This document shows positions 41,052 to 51,030 of a DNA stretch of 64,000 nucleotides, in pieces. Made by a program: the position numbers and the translations under genes. This DNA is from an uncultured Acidobacteriota bacterium (GTDB lineage: Bacteria; Acidobacteriota; Thermoanaerobaculia; Gp7-AA8): positions 96,001 through 160,000 of the forward strand of contig CAWGHO010000001.1 of the NCBI GenBank assembly GCA_963822445.1, read 5' to 3'. A model generated the notes under the pieces. That model ran no database searches. It saw only the letters and a program-made list of their open reading frames with translations, and was not told the DNA's origin. Every line of letters starts with the position of its first letter. Positions within the stretch are counted from its first letter, which is position 1.

Positions 41052-41376
41052 GTTTCCGGAGTCGGAGCAGGGTACCATCCTCGACTTTCAACTCCACCAC
41101 CAGTGCCTCGCGCAGCCGCGTGTGAGGCACCTTGTCGAGCAGCACCACCCACCGATCCTCGGCCGCCCCCTCCCCCGCCCGCGCCCGCGCGACGTGCACC
41201 ACTTCGTAGCCGTGCAGGCCGCGCTCGCGCGCAACGTCCACCGCCCGTATCCCCGCCTCGATCGAGAGGATGCGTCCCTTCGGCCGGGACGGATCTTCGA
41301 GACCGCGCACGGCGAAGAAGAGGATCGCGCAGACGAGGATCCACGCGGGGTAGAGCAGCCAGAACCGGCGGAACAT
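41032..41376 (-). CDS. Hypothetical membrane-anchored protein
   Basis: N-terminal TM helix; upstream of mutS. Confidence 0.65.
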   Translation of the reverse strand: MFRRFWLLYPAWILVCAILFFAVRGLEDPSRPKGRILSIEAGIRAVDVARERGLHGYEVVHVARARAGEGAAEDRWVVLLDKVPHTRLREALVVELKVEDGTLLRLRKPVGSRR

Positions 41377-41396
41377 GGGGCTGTATGATACGGACC

Positions 41397-41642
41397 GTGA
41401 CCCGCAGTGAGATCGCCGAAACGCTGGTGACCCTCGTCCGGAAGGAAAAAAACGTCTCCGAGGACCTGCTGCGACCCGAGTTGTCCCTCGCCGACGCCGG
41501 CATCGACTCCCTCGACTCCCTGACCATCCTCTTCGCCATCGAGGAGCACTTCAAGATCTCGATTCCAGATGACCGCGCCCGCGCGATCAAAACGTTCGGC
41601 GATTTGATCGACGTCGTGCAGGAGCGCGTTCCCGCCACGTGA
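41397..41642 (+). CDS. Acyl carrier protein
   Basis: GIDSLD phosphopantetheine motif; GTG start inferred. Confidence 0.9.
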   Translation: MTRSEIAETLVTLVRKEKNVSEDLLRPELSLADAGIDSLDSLTILFAIEEHFKISIPDDRARAIKTFGDLIDVVQERVPAT

Positions 41643-42844
41643 TCCGCGTTTTCATTACCGGTCTCGGAATCGTTTCTCCCTTCGGTCGCGGCAGCGGTGC
41701 AGCGCTCGACGCATTGCGCAACGCGCGCAGCGGTGTCCGCGCAATCACCAGCATCGACACCTCCGCGCTGAACTGCCGCATCGGCGGCGAGGTGCCGGCC
41801 GAAGCGCAGGAAGGTCTCCATCGCGGGCACGATCGATTCACGCGGCTTGCGCTCATCGCGGCCGAGGAGGCTGCGGCGCAGGCTGGAGACCTCGGCGCGG
41901 AGGCCGATCGCATCGGCGTCCTGATCGGCACGGGCCTCGGCGGATGCGAGACCCTCGACAACAGCTATCGCCGTCTCTACGCGGAAGGCGGACGGATTCC
42001 GCCGAATGCGATTCCGACGACGATGTACAACGCCGCCGCGGCCGCGGTCTCGGCGAAGCTCGGCGCGAAAGGTCTCGCCTACTCGGTCGTCTCGGCCTGT
42101 GCGTCGAGCGCGCATGCGATCGGCCTGGCCATGCAGGCCATCCGCTCCGGTCAGGCCGACGTGGTCATCGCCGGCGGGTCGGACGCGCCGCTCGTGCCGG
42201 GGATCATCCGTGGCTGGGAATCGCTGCGCGTGCTGGCCATCGACAACGAGCATCCCGAGGAAGCCTGCCGGCCATTCAGCGCCGATCGCAAGGGCCTGGT
42301 CCTTGCCGAGGGGGCGGCGGTTTTCGTTCTGGAGTCGGAGGAGAACGCCCGGCGCCGCGGCGCGGAGTTGATCGCAGAGGTCGTGGGATTCGGCGCGACG
42401 AGCGACGCCGGCCACATCACCGACCCCTCGGCCGACGGCGCCGCGCGCGCCATGTCCCTCGCGTTGAAGGACGCGCGGCTGAACGCGGACGACGTCGGGT
42501 ACATCAACGCCCACGGCACGGCCACGCGCGCGAACGATTCCACCGAGACCGCGGCGATCAAATCCGTTTTCGGCCAGTCCGTACCGCCGGTGAGCTCGAC
42601 CAAGTCCCTGCACGGCCACGCGATGGGTGCCTCGGGCGCGATCGAGATCGCCGCGTCGATCCTCGCCCTGCGCCAGGGCTTCCTCCCGCCGACCATCAAC
42701 CTGACCTCGCCCGACCCCGCCTGCGATCTCGACTACGTCCCCAACCAGCCCCGCGATGCCCGGGTCGGCGCGTTTCTTTCCAACTCCTTCGGATTCGGGG
42801 GGATGAACGCGGTCGTGGCAGTCCGTTTGCTTCACTCCGCCTGA
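41639..42844 (+). CDS. fabF: Beta-ketoacyl-ACP synthase II
   Basis: SACASS, NAHGTAT, KSLHGH and NSFGFGG. Confidence 0.9.
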   Translation: MIRVFITGLGIVSPFGRGSGAALDALRNARSGVRAITSIDTSALNCRIGGEVPAEAQEGLHRGHDRFTRLALIAAEEAAAQAGDLGAEADRIGVLIGTGLGGCETLDNSYRRLYAEGGRIPPNAIPTTMYNAAAAAVSAKLGAKGLAYSVVSACASSAHAIGLAMQAIRSGQADVVIAGGSDAPLVPGIIRGWESLRVLAIDNEHPEEACRPFSADRKGLVLAEGAAVFVLESEENARRRGAELIAEVVGFGATSDAGHITDPSADGAARAMSLALKDARLNADDVGYINAHGTATRANDSTETAAIKSVFGQSVPPVSSTKSLHGHAMGASGAIEIAASILALRQGFLPPTINLTSPDPACDLDYVPNQPRDARVGAFLSNSFGFGGMNAVVAVRLLHSA

Positions 42845-42864
42845 ATGCGGCTCGGAGGCAGGCA

Positions 42865-43221
42865 GTGATCGTAGAAAAGAAGCACCTCGAGAACTTCACG
42901 ATTCTTTACGTGGAAGGTCTGATCAAGCTGGGCGAGAGCGCCGAGTTCTTTTCCTCCGCCCTGGAGAACGTGCTCAAGAACGAGAGCACGAACGTCATCA
43001 TCGACTTCACCAAGATCGATTACATCGACTCGACCGGCATCGGTGAGCTGGTCGGCTACCTCGGCAAGTTCACGGGCCAAAACCGCAAGCTGATCCTGGT
43101 CAACCCTTCCGAGCGCATCCTGAAACTGCTCAAGCTGGCCAAGCTCGACGCCGTGTTCAAGATCTACAGCGCGGAAGACGAAGCCATCGCCGCGGAGAGC
43201 GGGACGCCCGCTCGCGCTTAA
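42865..43221 (+). CDS. STAS anti-sigma factor antagonist
   Basis: IDYIDSTGIGELV. Confidence 0.9.
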   Translation: MIVEKKHLENFTILYVEGLIKLGESAEFFSSALENVLKNESTNVIIDFTKIDYIDSTGIGELVGYLGKFTGQNRKLILVNPSERILKLLKLAKLDAVFKIYSAEDEAIAAESGTPARA

Positions 43222-43232
43222 TCGCTGCGCTC

Positions 43233-43326
43233 AGGCATGAGGTATGAGTGATGAGGTATGAGTAGCTTCGCTCTACTCACCACTCGATTACTCATACCTC
43301 ATCACTCATCACTCAACCTCATGCCT
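43233..43326. repeat. Inverted tandem-heptamer hairpin (GGTATGA/GTGATGA family)
   Basis: 4 units + GTAG on the left; CTAC plus inverted TCATACC/TCATCAC units on the right, with extra degenerate units. Confidence 0.85.
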
Positions 43327-43347
43327 CGTTCCCGGTAGACTTCCAGC

Positions 43348-44396
43348 GTGTCGGTTCCCCTCACGAACGTCTACCGCGGCCCGTACCTCGAGTCGACGCA
43401 TCGCGGCTCGATCGCGGTCGTCGACGCGACCGGACGTCTGGTGGCATTCGCGGGCAATCCCGGTCTCCGTTCCTGCCTGCGCTCGGCGGCGAAGCCGTTT
43501 CAGGCCATTCCCCTGCTCGAATACGGCGGGGTCGAAGAGTACGACCTGACTCCCGAAGAAATTGCTCTGACCTGCGCGTCGCATGGCGGCGAGCCGGTGC
43601 ATGTCGGCGCGGCGGCGGCGCTGCTGCGCAAGGGCGAGTTCGACGAGGAAGACCTGCTCTGTGCGCGCGCATCTCCCCTACGACGAAAAGGCCTCCGCCG
43701 AGCTGCGCGCGTCGGGCGAGCCGCCGTCGCCGCTGCACAACAACTGCTCGGGCAAGCACGCGGGGATGCTCCTCGCGACGCAGGCGATGGACGTCGCCAT
43801 CCTCGCGATACATCGACGCCGAGCACCCGCTGCAGCAGTTGATGCGCTCGACCGTCGCCGACTTCGCCGGACTGCAACCGGACGACGTTCCGATCGCGAT
43901 CGACGGCTGCGGCGTTCCCGCATTCTTCCTCTCGCTTCATCGCGCCGCGTTCGCGTACGCGCAGCTCATGAGCCGCACGCTCGATCGTTACGCCGAGAGC
44001 GCGAGCACGATCGTCGACGCCATGACCTCCTTTCCCGAGTACGTCGCCGGCAACTGGAGCATGACCACGCCGCTCATGGCTGCATTCGGCGGCGAGCTGC
44101 TGGCGAAGGAGGGCGCCGAGGGGTTTTACGCGATGGCGCTCGCGCCGTCGCTCTGCTCTGAATTGACCGATACCCTCCGCCTCCCCGATGATTGCGCGCT
44201 CGGCGTCGCACTTAAGATCGACGACGGCTCGATGGAGCGGGGTCGCAATCCGGTGATCCTTCGTCTCCTCGAGCTCCTCGGAATCGACCTCGATGCGCGG
44301 CCGGAACTGATGCCGTACCGGCAGTGGGACCTTCGGAATCACGCGGGAACGACAGTCGGCCAGGTCCGGGCCGAGTTTGAATTGGAGACTCTCTGA
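43348..44396 (+). CDS. L-asparaginase II-family protein, two apparent frameshifts
   Basis: RSAAKPFQA, CASHGGE, HNNCSGKHAGML, DGCGVP and KEGAEG across three frames; shifts near 43665 and 43800. Confidence 0.85.
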
Positions 44397-44806
44397 TGCG
44401 GAAAGTATTGATTGTGGCAGCGATGATCCTGGCCTCGTGCAAAACCGTGGGCGTCTCCATGACCCCCGGCGGATATGCCGAGGTTTCCCCGACCATCGCC
44501 AACGAAATGATTCTCGACTCGAGGCAGGTGGTCATCCTCGACGTCCGCCCGGCCAGCGAGTACCGCGGCCCGGAAGGGCACGTCGCCGGGGCGCTCAGCG
44601 CTCCGATGGACACCATCGAGCGGCAGCTTCCCGAGCTCCTTCCCTATCAGAACCAGACCGTTCTCATTTACGGCACCGGGGATACCGAGGGTGCCGAAGC
44701 CGCCCGTCTTCTGATCGTCGCCGGCTTCCGGAACGTGGTCCACATCTCGGGCGGACTCCGGGCCTGGATTGAACACGGGTATCGGACTGTTAACGCGCAC
44801 CAATGA
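44396..44806 (+). CDS. Rhodanese-like lipoprotein
   Basis: Lipobox LASC; ILDVR...GHVAGA...GGLRAW; the catalytic Cys position reads YG. Confidence 0.85.
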   Translation: MRKVLIVAAMILASCKTVGVSMTPGGYAEVSPTIANEMILDSRQVVILDVRPASEYRGPEGHVAGALSAPMDTIERQLPELLPYQNQTVLIYGTGDTEGAEAARLLIVAGFRNVVHISGGLRAWIEHGYRTVNAHQ

Positions 44807-45903
44807 AACGAGCCCTCGTCTTTTCGATCGCGTTCCTTCTCTCCAGCACCGCCGCCCAGGCCCAGGCCAAAGATCCGCTGACGCCGCTCCGCGGTTACCT
44901 CGCCCGCGTGCTGCCGAAGTGCCCGGGCGGAGTCATCACCATCGAGCCGCTGAACGCGCCGGTGAAGAACTTCAATGTCTACTCGGTGACCCTGCGGTCC
45001 AGCGACCAGTACTGCGGGACTCAGAAGTACGTCCTCCACTCGCCGGTCACCCAGCAGGTCCTGATCGGCAGCGTCGTCGAGCTGCCGTCGAACGGAAAGC
45101 CGGCCAACGTCCGCATCGCGGATGAGGCCGGCCGCCTGCTCAAGAAAGAGCTGGCCGTCACCGTCGCGCCGTTTCCTCTCCCGGACGGACTGAAGGCGGT
45201 CACCATGACCCGCGCGACGCCGTACGGACCGTTCGCGCTGTCCGGTTTCCTCGATGCGTCGGAGACGATCATGATCGTCGGCTGGCGGGGCAACCTGAAG
45301 ACCGATCCGACCGAGACGCTACGCCAGACCCTGAAGACGGAAACGGCCGTGCGCCGCGGGAAGAAGGACTCGAAGGTCGAGATCATCGAGCTGTCCGACT
45401 TCCAGTGCCCGACCTGCGCGCATGCGCACGAGAAGGTCGAGCCGATCATCAAGAAAGGCCTCGGCAACATCAGCTACGTGCGCATCGACCTGCCGCTTTT
45501 CGAGAATCACCAGTGGGCGATCCCCGCCGCGCTCGGCGCGCGCGCGATTCAGCGCGTGGCCCCGGCAAAGTACTGGGCGTACGTCGACTACGTCTTCAAG
45601 AACCAGGAAGCGATCGGCAAGCAGCCGTTCGACAAGGTGATCGAGGACTTCGCCGAGGACAACGACATCAGCTGGGCGGCCATCAAGCCGATCTACACCT
45701 CGAAAGAGGAGCGCCAGGCGCTGCTCGATCAGGTCAGCCGCGCGTATTCACTGGGAATCGCGTCGACCCCGACGTTCATCGTGAACGGCCAGGTCATGGG
45801 CTTCGGCCCGAGCGGCGAGTTCACGCTGGAAGCGATCAGGACGGCGATCGGGACGCCCGCGCCGGCGAAGGCACCGGCGAAACCGGCGGCGAAGAAGAAG
45901 TAG
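44803..45903 (+). CDS. DsbA/thioredoxin-domain protein
   Basis: SDFQCPTC; STPTFIVNG. Confidence 0.9.
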   Translation: MKRALVFSIAFLLSSTAAQAQAKDPLTPLRGYLARVLPKCPGGVITIEPLNAPVKNFNVYSVTLRSSDQYCGTQKYVLHSPVTQQVLIGSVVELPSNGKPANVRIADEAGRLLKKELAVTVAPFPLPDGLKAVTMTRATPYGPFALSGFLDASETIMIVGWRGNLKTDPTETLRQTLKTETAVRRGKKDSKVEIIELSDFQCPTCAHAHEKVEPIIKKGLGNISYVRIDLPLFENHQWAIPAALGARAIQRVAPAKYWAYVDYVFKNQEAIGKQPFDKVIEDFAEDNDISWAAIKPIYTSKEERQALLDQVSRAYSLGIASTPTFIVNGQVMGFGPSGEFTLEAIRTAIGTPAPAKAPAKPAAKKK

Positions 45904-45907
45904 CGTC

Positions 45908-46756
45908 CTAAAACAACCCGAAACTGATCTTCGCCGCGTAGCTCCGCTCTTCCGCCTGGGTCACCTCGACGATGATCTTCGGGATCATCAGCGAGATCCG
46001 CACTCCCGCGGTGTAGCGGTTGAAATCCGACTCGTGGACCAGCGGCGGCACGGCCACGAGCGTCGGCTCATTGTGAAACGGCTGCGCGGTCGTCTCGGCG
46101 CGCATGCGGCCGATCGCACCGTACGGCGTGATCGGACCGAAGCCTTTGGAGAGAAAGAGCTCCACGCCGTAGGTCGTAGCCTGGAAGTTATCGACGCCGC
46201 GCAGCTCCGAGTACGCACCGCGCACCGTCAGCGAAGGCACGGCCACCCCTCCGCGGATGATCGGCACATCGACGGCGCCACCGATGATCGAGACGTCGCT
46301 GTCCTGGATCTTGGCGTACGACGCCGAGACCGTCGCCACCGACAAACCCTTCGACGCCACCAGCTTCGGCACGGCCACGTAATTGCTGACCGTGAAGTCG
46401 TCGCGGACCGCGTTCTTCCAGTAGTCCGCGCCCGTGTCGACCGGCACCGCGGTCACGGCGACGCCGATGTCGAACCCCAGCAATCCGCGCGCGGACGCCG
46501 GCTCGACGGGCGTCGCGTAAATGCCCTGGGCCATGATCCGGGAGAACTTCGCGAAGTCCTCCTCGCTGATGTGATCGAAGACGAAATCGCTCTGCGCCTG
46601 CAGCGGCGCGGTAATCGCCAGAATCAGAAAAGCTGCGAGATGAAGTCGTTGCTTTGCAGAAACCCCGCGGCCGTGAAGGCGACCCGCCCCTCCGCCCGCC
46701 GCAGCCACCCTTCCGTCAGTCCGCGTTCGCTCCATGCAATGCCCTCCTGCCCGCAC
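45908..46756 (-). CDS. Hypothetical outer-membrane beta-barrel-like protein (start uncertain)
   Basis: Signal-like HLAAFLILAITAPLQA; alternating beta pattern; C-terminal Phe. Confidence 0.65.
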   Translation of the reverse strand: MRAGGHCMERTRTDGRVAAAGGGAGRLHGRGVSAKQRLHLAAFLILAITAPLQAQSDFVFDHISEEDFAKFSRIMAQGIYATPVEPASARGLLGFDIGVAVTAVPVDTGADYWKNAVRDDFTVSNYVAVPKLVASKGLSVATVSASYAKIQDSDVSIIGGAVDVPIIRGGVAVPSLTVRGAYSELRGVDNFQATTYGVELFLSKGFGPITPYGAIGRMRAETTAQPFHNEPTLVAVPPLVHESDFNRYTAGVRISLMIPKIIVEVTQAEERSYAAKISFGLF

Positions 46757-47718
46757 AGCTCCACGAGCTCGTCATAGTTTATGCCGCTGGTTCGCCGCAG
46801 ACTCAGGAACAGGGTCTCGCGCCGCGCTTCGTCGCCGCCCAGGGTCTCGCTGAAGTCGCGCGCCTCGGGTGAGGCAGCGATGTAGCGGCGGATGTCGCGC
46901 GTATTCGCGAATCGCTTGTCGTCGATGAACGAATGCGCGCCGAGACCGAAGCCGTGATACTCGCCACGAGTCCAGTAGCGGAGGTTGTGGCGGCATTCCT
47001 CACCGGCTCGCGCGAAGTTGCTGATCTCGTACTGGCCCAGGCCCGCGTTGCCGAGGTAGTCGATGGCGTCGATGTAGAGATCGGCGACGTCGTCATCTTC
47101 GGGCAGGGTCACCCGCTCGCGCGCGACCTGCACCTGCAGCGGCGTCCGCTCTTCCAGATCGAGCATGTACAGCGACAGGTGTCCCGCGCCGAGATCCACC
47201 GCCGTCGCGAGCGTTTCCCGAAACGACGCGCGCGTTTGCGCGGGCAGCCCGAGGATGAGATCGAGGTTGGTGCGGACGCCGCTTTCCGCCGCTACGCGAA
47301 CTGCGTCGATCGCCGCGCCGCGGTCGTGCACGCGTCCGATCGCGATCAGCTCTTCATCGTGAAAGGACTGCACGCCGATGGAGAGCCGGTTCACGCCGAG
47401 CTCGCGCCAGGCCGCGATGCTGCCCGCATTCACATCCTCGGGATTGGCCTCCATCGAGACTTCGGCATCCTCCGAAACCGCAAAGCGCTCGCGCAGGCGC
47501 GAAAAGATCCGTCGCAGGTTGTCGAGGCTCGTTCGCGACGGTGTTCCTCCACCGAGGTAGATCGTGTCGGCGGTCCGGCCATCGCCTCGCGCATCGATCT
47601 CCCGCAGCACCGCCTCGACGTACGCGTCCTGCAAAGCGAGATCGGTGGAGATCGCGAACGCGCAGTAGGTGCAATGGGTGGTGCAGAACGGCAGGTGTAC
47701 GTAGAGGCCGACGGGCAT
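46624..47718 (-). CDS. hemW: Radical SAM heme chaperone HemW
   Basis: YVHLPFCTTHCTYC, GGGTPS and YEISNFA...HNLRYW. Confidence 0.92.
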   Translation of the reverse strand: MPVGLYVHLPFCTTHCTYCAFAISTDLALQDAYVEAVLREIDARGDGRTADTIYLGGGTPSRTSLDNLRRIFSRLRERFAVSEDAEVSMEANPEDVNAGSIAAWRELGVNRLSIGVQSFHDEELIAIGRVHDRGAAIDAVRVAAESGVRTNLDLILGLPAQTRASFRETLATAVDLGAGHLSLYMLDLEERTPLQVQVARERVTLPEDDDVADLYIDAIDYLGNAGLGQYEISNFARAGEECRHNLRYWTRGEYHGFGLGAHSFIDDKRFANTRDIRRYIAASPEARDFSETLGGDEARRETLFLSLRRTSGINYDELVELCGQEGIAWSERGLTEGWLRRAEGRVAFTAAGFLQSNDFISQLF

Positions 47719-47742
47719 TGGCAGTCCTTTATAATCGCCGCG

Positions 47743-49488
47743 ATGTCCTCGGATTCCCCAACTGACGCTTCCACCCCCGCCCCGCGCCGCCGCAGGCGCC
47801 TGCTCTGGACGCTCCTCGGCGCCATGATTCTCGTCGGCCTGCTGCCGCTGGCCATCTCCCACTTCATCCTCATCCGCATCAATCGGGATTCGATGATGAC
47901 GCTGGAGAAGAAGTACCAGAGCCGCTCCGCGGTCTCGATCGCCAACGACATCCAGAATCTCTACTCGAACAACCGCCAGCAGCTGGCCAAGATCGCCGGA
48001 AGCATGCGCTCCCTGCAGAAGGCCCTCGGCACCGATCCCTTCCTATCCGCGAACGACTGGATGGGCGACTACATCACCAACGACAGCGACCTCATCGCCA
48101 TCCGCGCGCTGAACACGGCAGGTCAGGGTGCCGAGGCTGTTCCGGCGGATCTCACGCCCGCGGTGCTGGCCGAGATGATCCAGGCCCGCGACGTCGCCCT
48201 CGCCGGACAGGCGTCGACGGGACGCGTTCTCGATCTGACGCCGACCCATCCCGTGCTGGTCATGTCCGTTCCCGTATTCGATCAGGGCAAGCAGGTCATC
48301 GGCGCGATCGTGGGGCTGGTCAGCCTGCGCCGGATCGTCGATCGCATTCGAGAAGAAGGCAAAGGCGGGGTGACCGCGTTCGTCGTCGATGGCGAGGGCA
48401 GAGTCCTCATTCACAGCGAGCCGAGCGTTCAGGTCGGCCACCCGAATTTCTCGCATCTGAAGCTCGTGCAGGACTTCAAGCGCGCGCCGGCGCCGGTGCG
48501 TCTGACCGAGTCGTATGTGGACAAGCAGACCGGCGGCGGAACGAGCGTCATCGGCACCGTCGCTCCGGCGGCGTCGAATCTTGCCGTGATCGTGCAGAAG
48601 CCGGAGTCCACCGCGTTCGCTTCCGTCGATCAGATGGTCAGCGCGACCTGGCAGTGGGGCGCGATCGCGCTGATCCTGGCGATCATCGCCGCGATCTTCT
48701 TCGCTTCGGGCATCGCCCGCCCGATCCGCGCGCTCGCGCAGCGGAGTCACGAGATCGCCCAGGGCAACTACCAGCAGCGCGTCGAGCTGAAGACGCAGAA
48801 CGAGATCGGCGAGCTGGCCGACAACTTCAACACCATGTCCGAGTCGATCGAGCACGCGGTCGAGCAGCTGAAGAAGGCGGCGCAGGAGAATCACCTGCTC
48901 TTCCTCAACTCGGTGCGCATGCTCGCCGCGGCGATCGATGCGAAGGATCCGTACACGCGCGGACACTCGGAGCGCGTGGCCCGCTACTCCATCGCCATCG
49001 GAAAGAACCTGCAACTGCCGCAGAAAGAGATGCTGAACCTGCGGATCAGCGCGCTGCTGCACGACGTCGGCAAGATCGGCATCGACGACCGCATCCTCCG
49101 CAAGCCGGGCGCGCTTAGCGATGAAGAGTTCGAGATCATGAAAGGCCATCCCGCGAAAGGGGCGGCGATCATGAGCGGCGTCGCGCAGCTCATCGACATC
49201 ATCCCGGGCATGAAGTACCACCACGAGAAGTGGAGCGGCGGCGGATACCCGGAAGGTCTGGAAGGCGAGCAGATTCCGATGCAGGCCCGCATCGTGGCCA
49301 TCGCCGACACGTTCGACGCGATGACGACCAACCGGCCGTATCAGAAGGCGATGGAGATCGGCTACGTGGTCGAGAAGATCAAGAGCTTCGGCGGAACTCG
49401 CTTCGATCCGCGCGTGGTCGAGGCGTTCGTCAACGGCGTGAAGCGCGGCGACATCCAGATCGAAGAACAGGTAAGAGGCGCGGCCTGA
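47743..49488 (+). CDS. Cache-HAMP-HD-GYP phosphodiesterase
   Basis: AKDPYTRGHSERV, LHDVGKIG and HHEKWSGGGYP. Confidence 0.92.
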   Translation: MSSDSPTDASTPAPRRRRRLLWTLLGAMILVGLLPLAISHFILIRINRDSMMTLEKKYQSRSAVSIANDIQNLYSNNRQQLAKIAGSMRSLQKALGTDPFLSANDWMGDYITNDSDLIAIRALNTAGQGAEAVPADLTPAVLAEMIQARDVALAGQASTGRVLDLTPTHPVLVMSVPVFDQGKQVIGAIVGLVSLRRIVDRIREEGKGGVTAFVVDGEGRVLIHSEPSVQVGHPNFSHLKLVQDFKRAPAPVRLTESYVDKQTGGGTSVIGTVAPAASNLAVIVQKPESTAFASVDQMVSATWQWGAIALILAIIAAIFFASGIARPIRALAQRSHEIAQGNYQQRVELKTQNEIGELADNFNTMSESIEHAVEQLKKAAQENHLLFLNSVRMLAAAIDAKDPYTRGHSERVARYSIAIGKNLQLPQKEMLNLRISALLHDVGKIGIDDRILRKPGALSDEEFEIMKGHPAKGAAIMSGVAQLIDIIPGMKYHHEKWSGGGYPEGLEGEQIPMQARIVAIADTFDAMTTNRPYQKAMEIGYVVEKIKSFGGTRFDPRVVEAFVNGVKRGDIQIEEQVRGAA

Positions 49489-50240
49489 CCGGGCTCGTCC
49501 TCCTCGGTGTAGTGTGGGCCTCCGGCCTACTTCCGCTCCCCGCCGCCCAAGGTAGGCCGGAGGCCCACACTACACCGGCGAAGTCCGCGTGCGACCGGAG
49601 CGTCTACTACATCCTGCGCGGGCAGTACGACGCCGCGCTCCGCCAGCTCGACGGCGCGAAGACGAGCGGTGCATCGCCGGCGGCGGTCGAAAATCTCCGC
49701 GGCCTCGCGCTGCTGATGAAAGACGACGCCGCGAAGGCGTTGACGACGTTCGATCGCGCGCTGCAACTGGATTCGAAGCTGTCCGAGGCTCGGTTGAATC
49801 GCGGCCTCGCTCTTCTGCGTCTCGGAAAGTTCGCGGAATCGTCAGCCGAGATGCAGAAAGTGTTCGCCGATGAGACCTCACCCGTTCGCGCCGACGCGGC
49901 GTATCACAACGCCATCGCTCTCGATCGCCTCGGCCGCGCTTCCGATGCCGAAGCCTGGCTCGATCGCGCGCTGAAACTGAACGCGAAGCTTGACGCGGCG
50001 TTGCTCTACGCGGGGATGCTGCGCGAGCGTCGCGGCGATCTGCAGGGCGCGGGACGCGCGTATCTCGAGTACCTCAAAGCGCATCCTGAGTCGGCACTGG
50101 CCATGCTCCGCTTCGGCATTTCGGCACAGAAGTCGGGCAGCATCGAGGTGGCGAAGTCATACCTGCAGCGCGTCGTGCAGCTCGCGCCCGGATCGCCGGA
50201 AGCGATCGAGGCCCGCAAGTACCTGGTGATGTGGGAGTGA
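49485..50240 (+). CDS. TPR protein (start inferred at CTG overlapping the upstream TGA)
   Basis: TPR helices (EARLNRGLAL, AAYHNAIAL); hydrophobic N-terminus; AAGAGG upstream. Confidence 0.75.
   Translation: MTGLVLLGVVWASGLLPLPAAQGRPEAHTTPAKSACDRSVYYILRGQYDAALRQLDGAKTSGASPAAVENLRGLALLMKDDAAKALTTFDRALQLDSKLSEARLNRGLALLRLGKFAESSAEMQKVFADETSPVRADAAYHNAIALDRLGRASDAEAWLDRALKLNAKLDAALLYAGMLRERRGDLQGAGRAYLEYLKAHPESALAMLRFGISAQKSGSIEVAKSYLQRVVQLAPGSPEAIEARKYLVMWE
49505..49577. repeat. REP-like palindrome within the 5' part of the TPR ORF
   Basis: Perfect 26-bp arms cggtgtagtgtgggcctccggcctac; related to 53651-53721. Confidence 0.88.
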
Positions 50241-50241
50241 C

Positions 50242-50601
50242 GTGTTCAACCTGATCCTGAACGAGATGCTGGTCACCACGCGCGGCGCGCTGGCGGCGCT
50301 CTTCCTCGATTACGAGGGCGAGACGGTGGAGCTGGTCTGCGACCGCGATCTCAACGACCACGACCTCCGCATCCTCGGCGCCTACCAGGGCATCTTCCTC
50401 GGCCAGCTCCGCAACCTGTGTTCGCAAGCCGACGCCGGCGAGCCCCAGCGCTTCAAGATCGAGTTCCGCGAGACCCGCGTCCTGAGCTTCGACGTGAAGG
50501 ACGGCTACTACATCGTCCTCCTCGTCGACGCGACGGCAAACGAGGGAATGGCGTGGCGGAAGCTGGAGAAGTGTAGGGAGAGGTTGCTGGTCGAGATGTA
50601 G
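50242..50601 (+). CDS. Roadblock/LC7-like protein
   Basis: GALAALFLDYEGETV...YYIVLLV...GMA pattern. Confidence 0.7.
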   Translation: MFNLILNEMLVTTRGALAALFLDYEGETVELVCDRDLNDHDLRILGAYQGIFLGQLRNLCSQADAGEPQRFKIEFRETRVLSFDVKDGYYIVLLVDATANEGMAWRKLEKCRERLLVEM

Positions 50602-50707
50602 GTTTCGGGGTTCCGGGGTTGCGAGGTTCCGGGGTTGTCCTCGCAACATCGCCGAACCTAACGCCGAGCTCCTACCCCGTAACCCCGTAACCCCGCAACC
50701 CCGTAAC
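50601..50707. repeat. Inverted tandem-octamer hairpin (GGTTNCGG x4 / CCGTAACC x4)
   Basis: 4+4 units between convergent stops; same family as 17963-18058. Confidence 0.9.
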
Positions 50708-51006
50708 TACGATTCCAGCGCCTCCAGCGTCCCCAGAATCGTCTCGATGCGATCGCGGATCTCGCCGCGCTCCTTCCGGAACCGCTCGTGTTCTTCTTCG
50801 AGTGATTCCAGGCGCGAGGAGGTCTGGTCGGAGTCTTTCACCTGCGACTCGAGCTCTTCGACGCGGGCTCGGAGCTGGTCGCGTTCTTTGCGCAGTTCCT
50901 GGATGGTGGCGACGGCTTTTTCGACGCGGTCCCCGAGGCGGCTGAGGATCTCGGCTTCTTCGATTCCGGGGAGCGCGGACTGATCGTTGTCTCTGGTCTT
51001 CTTCAT
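50707..51006 (-). CDS. zapB: Cell division ZapB-like coiled-coil protein
   Basis: LSRLGDRVEKAVATIQELRKE...IRDRIETIL coiled coil. Confidence 0.65.
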   Translation of the reverse strand: MKKTRDNDQSALPGIEEAEILSRLGDRVEKAVATIQELRKERDQLRARVEELESQVKDSDQTSSRLESLEEEHERFRKERGEIRDRIETILGTLEALES

Positions 51007-51030
51007 GGCGGCGCGGATTCTAGTGCAGCA

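Noticed and set aside
41397-43221. acp-fabF as a secondary-metabolite (type II PKS) cluster
   Set aside because: No chain-length factor, reductase, cyclase or tailoring genes are adjacent.
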